A stretch of DNA of 64,000 nucleotides from Leidyana gryllorum EB-2025a. Its lineage: Eukaryota; Protista; Apicomplexa. Shown in pieces: positions 58,203 through 64,000 of this stretch. The notes under the pieces are model-generated. The model worked only from the letters and a program-made list of their open reading frames with translations, did no database searches and was not told the DNA's origin. The stretch covers positions 1 to 64,000 of the forward strand of contig JBLWGC010000159.1 in assembly GCA_048772705.1 (NCBI GenBank). The letters run 5' to 3'. Made by a program: the position numbers and the translations under genes. Position 1 is the first letter of the stretch. The number at the start of each line of letters is the position of its first letter.

Positions 58203-61200
58203 TCACATATCGTCGAAAAGTCTGTCATCACCTTCATCCCTCCGCTCGAATGATGGAACGTCGTTTGGCGATCCATTGCGATTCCCCATTATAGCCTCAT
58301 CACCCAATCGCCTAAGTGCTGCTTGGAGCATCGCAATTTTCACTCTACTGGGATGCTCCATCACAGATTTCATACGCTCCCGGGCCTCCCGCAGTGCCCG
58401 TGCCACTTCATCAGTAAGTTCCGACTCCATTGCCTTCTGGATATTCGTTAAGAAAACTTCTTCATTGCGGACTATCAAGAGGCATCCGAGAGGCATCGAA
58501 GAAGCGTCTGTGGAACGCTCACTGAGGTTCCTCAAGGTATTGCACAGACTCTCGAATTCTTGTCGAAAACTCTCATAAGTCTTCTCAGTGTGAGCCCGGA
58601 GCTTCTGGTCGACCCGTCCGTCAGTTGACTCAGTGTGAGCTTGAAGGATGGTGCCCACACGCTCGTCAGTAGCCTCAGTGTGAGCCTGGAGCTTCTGGTC
58701 GACCCGTCCGTCAGTTGACTCAGTGTGAGCTTGAAGGATGGTGCCCACACGCTCGTCAGTAGCCTCAGTGTGAGCCTGGAGCTTCTGGTCGACCCGTCCG
58801 TCAGTTGACTCAGTGTGAGCCTGGAGCTTCTGATCGACCCGTCCGTCAGTTGACTCAGTGTGAGCTTGAAGGATGGTGCCTACACGCTCGTCAGTAGTCT
58901 CAGTGTGAGCCTGGAGCTTCTGGTCGACCCGTCCGTCAGTTGACTCAGTGTGAGCCTGGAGCTTCTGATCGACCCGTTCGTCAGTGGTCTCAGTGTGAGC
59001 TTGAAGGATGGTGCCCACACGCTCGTCAGTAGTCTCAGTGTGAGCCTGGAGCTTCTGGTCGACCCGTCCGTCAGTTGACTCAGTGTGAGCTTGAAGGATG
59101 GTGCCTACACGCTCGTCAGTAGTCTCAGTGTGAGCCTGGAGCTTCTGGTCGACCCGTCCGTCAGTTGACTCAGTGTGAGCCTGGAGCTTCTGATCGACCC
59201 GTTCGTCAGTGGTCTCAGTGTGAGCTTGAAGGATGGTGCCCACACGCTCGTCAGTTGACTCAGTGTGAGCCTGGAGCTTCTGATCGACCCGTCCGTCAGT
59301 TGACTCAGTGTGAGCTTGAAGGATGGTGCCCACACGCTCGTCAGTAGTCTCAGTGTGAGCCTGGAGCTTCTGGTCGACCCGTCCGTCAGTTGACTCAGTG
59401 TGAGCTTGAAGGATGGTGCCCACATGCTCGTCAGTAGCCTCAGTGTGAGCCTGGAGCTTCTGGTCGACCCGTCCGTCTGTTGACTCAGTGTGAGCCTGGA
59501 GCTTCTGGTCGACCCGTCCGTCTGTTGACTCAGTGTGAGCCTGGAGCTTCTGGTCGACCCGTCCGTCAGTTGACTCAGTGTGAGCCCGGAGCTTCTGATC
59601 GACCCGTCCGTCTGTTGACTCAGTGTGAGCTTGAAGGATGGTGCCCACACGCTCGTCAGTTGACTCAGTGTGAGCCTGGAGCTTCTGATCGACCCGTCCG
59701 TCAGTTGACTCAGTGTGAGCTTGAAGGATGGTGCCCACACGCTCGTCAGTAGTCTCAGTGTGAGCCTGGAGCTTCTGGTCGACCCGTCCGTCAGTTGACT
59801 CAGTGTGAGCTTGAAGGATGGTGCCCACACGCTCGTCAGTAGCCTCAGTGTGAGCCTGGAGCTTCTGGTCGACCCGTCCGTCAGTTGACTCAGTGTGAGC
59901 TTGAAGGATGGTGCCCACACGCTCGTCAGTAGTCTCAGTGTGAGCCTGGAGCTTCTGGTCGACCCGTCCGTCAGTTGACTCAGTGTGAGCTTGAAGGATG
60001 GTGCCCACACGCTCGTCAGTAGCCTCAGTGTGAGCCTGGAGCTTCTGGTCGACCCGTCCGTCAGTTGACTCAGTGTGAGCTTGAAGGATGGTGCCCACAC
60101 GCTCGTCAGTAGTCTCAGTGTGAGCCTGGAGCTTCTGGTCGACCCGTCCGTCAGTAGCCTCAGTGTGAGCCTGGAGCTTCTGGTCGACCCGTCCGTCAGT
60201 TGACTCAGTGTGAGCTTGAAGGATGGTGCCCACACGCTCGTCAGTAGTCTCAGTGTGAGCCTGGAGCTTCTGGTCGACCCGTCCGTCAGTTGACTCAGCG
60301 TGAGCCCGGAGCTTCTGGTCGACCCGTCCGTCAGTGTTCTCAGTGTGAGCTTGAAGGATGGTGCCCACACGCTCGTCAGTAGCCTCAGTGTGAGCCTGGA
60401 GCTTCTGGTCGACCCGTCCGTCTGTTGACTCAGTGTGAGCCTGGAGCTTCTGGTCGACCCGTCCGTCAGTTGACTCAGTGTGAGCTTGAAGGATGGTGCC
60501 TACACGCTCGTCAGTAGTCTCAGTGTGAGCCTGGAGCTTCTGGTCGACCCGTCCGTCAGTTGACTCAGTGTGAGCCTGGAGCTTCTGATCGACCCGTTCG
60601 TCAGTGGTCTCAGTGTGAGCTTGAAGGATGGTGCCCACACGCTCGTCAGTAGTCTCAGTGTGAGCCTGGAGCTTCTGGTCGACCCGTCCGTCAGTTGACT
60701 CAGTGTGAGCTTGAAGGATGGTGCCCACATGCTCGTCAGTAGCCTCAGTGTGAGCCTGGAGCTTCTGGTCGACCCGTCCGTCTGTTGACTCAGTGTGAGC
60801 CTGGAGCTTCTGGTCGACCCGTCCGTCAGTTGACTCAGTGTGAGCTTGAAGGATGGTGCCCACACGCTCGTCAGTAGTCTCAGTGTGAGCCTGGAGCTTC
60901 TGGTCGACCCGTCCGTCAGTTGACTCAGTGTGAGCTTGAAGGATGGTGCCCACACGCTCGTCAGTAGTCTCAGTGTGAGCCTGGAGCTTCTGGTCGACCC
61001 GTCCGTCAGTAGCCTCAGTGTGAGCCTGGAGCTTCTGGTCGACCCGTCCGTCAGTGTTCTCAGTGTGAGCTTGAAGGATGGTGCCCACACGCTCGTCAGT
61101 AGTCTCAGTGTGAGCCTGGAGCTTCTGGTCGACCCGTCCGTCAGTTGACTCAGCGTGAGCCCGGAGCTTCTGGTCGACCCGTCCGTCAGTGTTCTCAGTG

Positions 61201-63431
61201 TGAGCTTGAAGGATGGTGCCCACACGCTCGTCAGTAGTCTCAGAGTGAGCCTGGAGCTTCTGGTCGACCCGTCCGTCAGTGTTCTCAGTGTGAGCTTGAA
61301 GGATGGTGCCCACACGCTCGTCAGTCGTCTCAGTGTGAGCCTGGAGCTTCTGGTCGACCCGTCCGTCAGTTGACTCAGTGTGAGCCTGGAGCTTCTGGTC
61401 GACCCGTCCGTCAGTGTCCTCAGTGTGAGCTTGAAGGATGGTGCCCACACGCTCGTCAGTAGTCTCAGTGTGAGCCTGGAGCTTCTGGTCGACCCGTCCG
61501 TCAGTGGTCTCAGTGTGAGTTTGAAGGATGGTGCCCACACGCTCGTCAGTAGTCTCAGTGTGAGCCTGGAGCTTCTGGTCGACCCGTCCCTCAGTTGACT
61601 CAGTGTGAGCCTGGAGCTTCTGGTCGACCCGCCCGTCAGTGTTCTCAGTGTGAGCTTGAAGGATGGTGCCCACACGCTCGTCAGTAGTCTCAGTGTGAGC
61701 CTGGAGCTTCTGGTCCACCCGTCCGTCAGTTGACTCAGTGTGAGCCTGGAGCTTCTGGTCGACCCGTCCGTCAGTGTTCTCAGTGTGAGCTTGAAGGATG
61801 GTGCCCACACGCTCGTCAGTAGTCTCAGTGTGAGCCTGGAGCTTCTGGTCGACCCGTCCGTCAGTTGACTCAGTGTGAGCTTGAAGGATGGTGCCCACAC
61901 GCTCGTCAGTTGACTCAGTGTGAGCCTGGAGCTTCTGATCGACCCGTTGGAGCTTCTGGTCGACCCGTCCGTCAGTTGACTGAGTGTGAGCTTGAAGGAT
62001 GGTGCCCACACGCTCGTCAGTAGTCTCAGTGTGAGCCTGGAGCTTCTGATCGACCCGTTGGAGCTTCTGGTCGACCCGTCCGTCAGTTGACTCAGTGTGA
62101 GCTTGAAGGATGGTGCCCACACGCTCGTCAGTCGACTCAGTGTGAGCCTGGAGCTTCTGGTCGACCCGTCCGTCAGTTGACTGAGTGTGAGCCCGGAGCT
62201 TGTTGTCCAACATGTGCCCAGCCTTATTGTGAGCTTGGAGGAGGCTGCCTATACGTTCGTCTACGGCATTTATGTGAGCTTTAAGCTTGTCGATCCGCTC
62301 GTCAGCAGACGACCTGTGGATTGCAATGATCGCGTTCAGATGCTCATCATTGATGTCAGTGTGAACTTGTCGGTCACCACAGGCTTGTCTGCATGTTCGA
62401 GAGATTGTCTCGGGCTGAAGCGACAATTGATTGAGTGTACAGTGAATATTATCAACCACGGGCTCTGCGACAGCCTGAGCCTCGTCCTGGTCCTGGAACC
62501 CATTTTCAGGTTGCCTGTTTTCATTGAGTTGGTCAATGTGCGGGAGGATGTCCTTGTCCACCTCTCGTTTATCCCCTATCTGGGCGGAGAAGAGACCATT
62601 CTGGCTCACTGGCTCCGTCTTCACCAGTCCTTGCACCTCCCCGACGGAAGTCCTCGATCGTGCACCAGCGATCTCGGCTGTTCCCTTGCTCAGCCCTTCT
62701 AGCCTGTCAGTGTCGGCATTCACACTGCTGGGCTGTAGTCCAATCATCTCATCGGGCGTCGATTGCGCTTCGATCACGGACCGCTCTATTGAGGGGAGAG
62801 AGCCATTGTACATGGGAAATGAGGTTGACATCCCATTGGGTCGCATTAGTAATCCATCGTCGGCGGAGAGTTCACAGTGCACTTCCGACGAGGACGTTGG
62901 GTCGCTGTCGGACTGTGTAATCATGTTGTTTGTCAGACCACCGCTCGGATTCTCGTCTTGTGTGGTGAGATGAGAAGGCTGCTGGTCATTTTGACTCAGA
63001 CCATTTGGATATAGCCGTATCAGCTCTTCTGACGTGACAAAGTGCCATTTGAAGTACTTTGAGTCCTTGATGGAAAGTCCGTTTTTTGGAGTAGTCTCAG
63101 GGATGATTGGCCACGAATCACTCGCATCGGAGAGGGTGTTCCCGATACCCGCTGCCTCCAACTCGTGGTCTGTATCCACAATCAGTACAGTCCGGGGAAA
63201 GAAGGCTTCCTCCCGAGAAACAAAGTGTCGATCAAGGTATTCGCGTAGTACGTCACATCCTCGTGAGACAGCAGTCCTCAGACTCATCAATGGTACTCCA
63301 CCGTCCTCCAGAAACTGAAGCCGGGCTTCGTTATCTCCTTGAACTGTTCTTATCCGTCTAAGGGCTTGGTTTTGCATTATCGCCCCGTCCGTCACGCCGT
63401 GCAGCACGCCTATCTCATATGGACGGACCAT
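58203..63431 (-). CDS. 1742-aa repeat protein (divergent family N-terminal domain + pentadecad coiled-coil rod)
   Basis: Uninterrupted ATG-initiated ORF running through the whole 45-nt repeat array, with unique flanks. Confidence 0.85.
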   Translation of the reverse strand: MVRPYEIGVLHGVTDGAIMQNQALRRIRTVQGDNEARLQFLEDGGVPLMSLRTAVSRGCDVLREYLDRHFVSREEAFFPRTVLIVDTDHELEAAGIGNTLSDASDSWPIIPETTPKNGLSIKDSKYFKWHFVTSEELIRLYPNGLSQNDQQPSHLTTQDENPSGGLTNNMITQSDSDPTSSSEVHCELSADDGLLMRPNGMSTSFPMYNGSLPSIERSVIEAQSTPDEMIGLQPSSVNADTDRLEGLSKGTAEIAGARSRTSVGEVQGLVKTEPVSQNGLFSAQIGDKREVDKDILPHIDQLNENRQPENGFQDQDEAQAVAEPVVDNIHCTLNQLSLQPETISRTCRQACGDRQVHTDINDEHLNAIIAIHRSSADERIDKLKAHINAVDERIGSLLQAHNKAGHMLDNKLRAHTQSTDGRVDQKLQAHTESTDERVGTILQAHTESTDGRVDQKLQRVDQKLQAHTETTDERVGTILQAHTQSTDGRVDQKLQRVDQKLQAHTESTDERVGTILQAHTESTDGRVDQKLQAHTETTDERVGTILQAHTENTDGRVDQKLQAHTESTDGRVDQKLQAHTETTDERVGTILQAHTENTDGRVDQKLQAHTESTEGRVDQKLQAHTETTDERVGTILQTHTETTDGRVDQKLQAHTETTDERVGTILQAHTEDTDGRVDQKLQAHTESTDGRVDQKLQAHTETTDERVGTILQAHTENTDGRVDQKLQAHSETTDERVGTILQAHTENTDGRVDQKLRAHAESTDGRVDQKLQAHTETTDERVGTILQAHTENTDGRVDQKLQAHTEATDGRVDQKLQAHTETTDERVGTILQAHTESTDGRVDQKLQAHTETTDERVGTILQAHTESTDGRVDQKLQAHTESTDGRVDQKLQAHTEATDEHVGTILQAHTESTDGRVDQKLQAHTETTDERVGTILQAHTETTDERVDQKLQAHTESTDGRVDQKLQAHTETTDERVGTILQAHTESTDGRVDQKLQAHTESTDGRVDQKLQAHTEATDERVGTILQAHTENTDGRVDQKLRAHAESTDGRVDQKLQAHTETTDERVGTILQAHTESTDGRVDQKLQAHTEATDGRVDQKLQAHTETTDERVGTILQAHTESTDGRVDQKLQAHTEATDERVGTILQAHTESTDGRVDQKLQAHTETTDERVGTILQAHTESTDGRVDQKLQAHTEATDERVGTILQAHTESTDGRVDQKLQAHTETTDERVGTILQAHTESTDGRVDQKLQAHTESTDERVGTILQAHTESTDGRVDQKLRAHTESTDGRVDQKLQAHTESTDGRVDQKLQAHTESTDGRVDQKLQAHTEATDEHVGTILQAHTESTDGRVDQKLQAHTETTDERVGTILQAHTESTDGRVDQKLQAHTESTDERVGTILQAHTETTDERVDQKLQAHTESTDGRVDQKLQAHTETTDERVGTILQAHTESTDGRVDQKLQAHTETTDERVGTILQAHTETTDERVDQKLQAHTESTDGRVDQKLQAHTETTDERVGTILQAHTESTDGRVDQKLQAHTESTDGRVDQKLQAHTEATDERVGTILQAHTESTDGRVDQKLQAHTEATDERVGTILQAHTESTDGRVDQKLRAHTEKTYESFRQEFESLCNTLRNLSERSTDASSMPLGCLLIVRNEEVFLTNIQKAMESELTDEVARALREARERMKSVMEHPSRVKIAMLQAALRRLGDEAIMGNRNGSPNDVPSFERRDEGDDRLFDDM
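58585..62200. repeat. Coding tandem repeat, 45-nt unit, ~80 copies, two interleaved variants
   Basis: Units encode AHTESTDGRVDQKLQ and AHTETTDERVGTILQ; two 21-nt (RVDQKLQ) duplications lie near 61940-62070. Confidence 0.97.
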
Positions 63432-64000
63432 TGTGATGGGGGGTGTTCAAATGTATATCGCTTAGATGTCCGATACTTTTTGACTTTCCCTTCAGGGTGA
63501 CCCCCGGGGTCTCTAGGGTTGAGGGGATGTGGAGTGCCGCTTCGGCTCAACACACATTTATCCCTCGAGGAATACATTCTAACACGGGCGACAGATCTGG
63601 TGTACTTATGTACCCACAAACACTGACGGATCTGCAAGCGGAGCGGCAGACATGGGGATCACGAAAAAAGAGCGCGTCTTGGCTATAGAGGCCCAACGTC
63701 AGTGCATCTCCCCCACCACGTCTCGCTCCCAAGCTTTGTCCAGGGGCGGCCGACAACACATCTCGTCTCTCATCCTCCCAGAGAACTCCTCCCCCTCCGG
63801 ACGGACGGACGGACTGACTGGCATACACGCTGCAGAAAGAGATCCACAGTTCCGAGTCGCTCAGGTCCAACCCCAGCCAGATCCGCTCATATTCGCTCAA
63901 AGCACCGCCCAGTTGATCAACTCACGTGTCCAAGCTCTCTCACAGTGGGCCACACGGAAAGCGAGCCCACATTTCGAAGAAGTTGACACTCCAATTTCCA

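Noticed and set aside
58532-62284. Alternative-frame repeat ORFs, and a possible CRISPR reading of the array
   Set aside because: Units are contiguous, in-frame 45-mers without unique spacers or cas genes; other frames are by-products of the repeat.
63547-63900. 117-aa ORF at the window end
   Set aside because: No recognisable motif; may be an exon of a gene extending outside the window, so it cannot be supported.

Overview
Gene-dense eukaryotic DNA with tiny GT-AG introns (the ones I delimited are 27-57 nt) and stop-to-start gaps often under 60 nt. A cysteine-repeat oocyst-wall protein, a BT1 folate transporter and a PST-A-like lysophospholipase point to an apicomplexan, probably gregarine-like (inferred). 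Bases 1-47 kb hold mainly housekeeping genes: HSP90, CDKAL1, L-asparaginase, PP6/SAPS subunit, glutaredoxin, long-chain acyl-CoA synthetase, DNAJC17-like, CWC27, VPS13-like and acetyl-CoA synthetase. The same region has several oddities: a catalytically degenerate Hsp70, a bacterial-type EutE/PduP acylating aldehyde dehydrogenase, and two tandem intronless genes with Ty3/gypsy Gag capsid motifs but no pol or LTR (candidate domesticated capsid system). An ncRNA cluster that the ORF track cannot show lies at 47.9-49.4 kb: U1 snRNA, a compact SRP RNA inside an extra closing stem, U5 snRNA and an unassigned ~340-nt structured RNA. Bases 49.7-63.4 kb look accessory. They contain 3-4 paralogues sharing an N-terminal domain I do not recognise, each fused to a coiled-coil-like tail (one tail is ~80 pentadecad repeats), plus a twice-frameshifted bacterial-like alcohol dehydrogenase. 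All calls were made by eye, with no database search or folding program.
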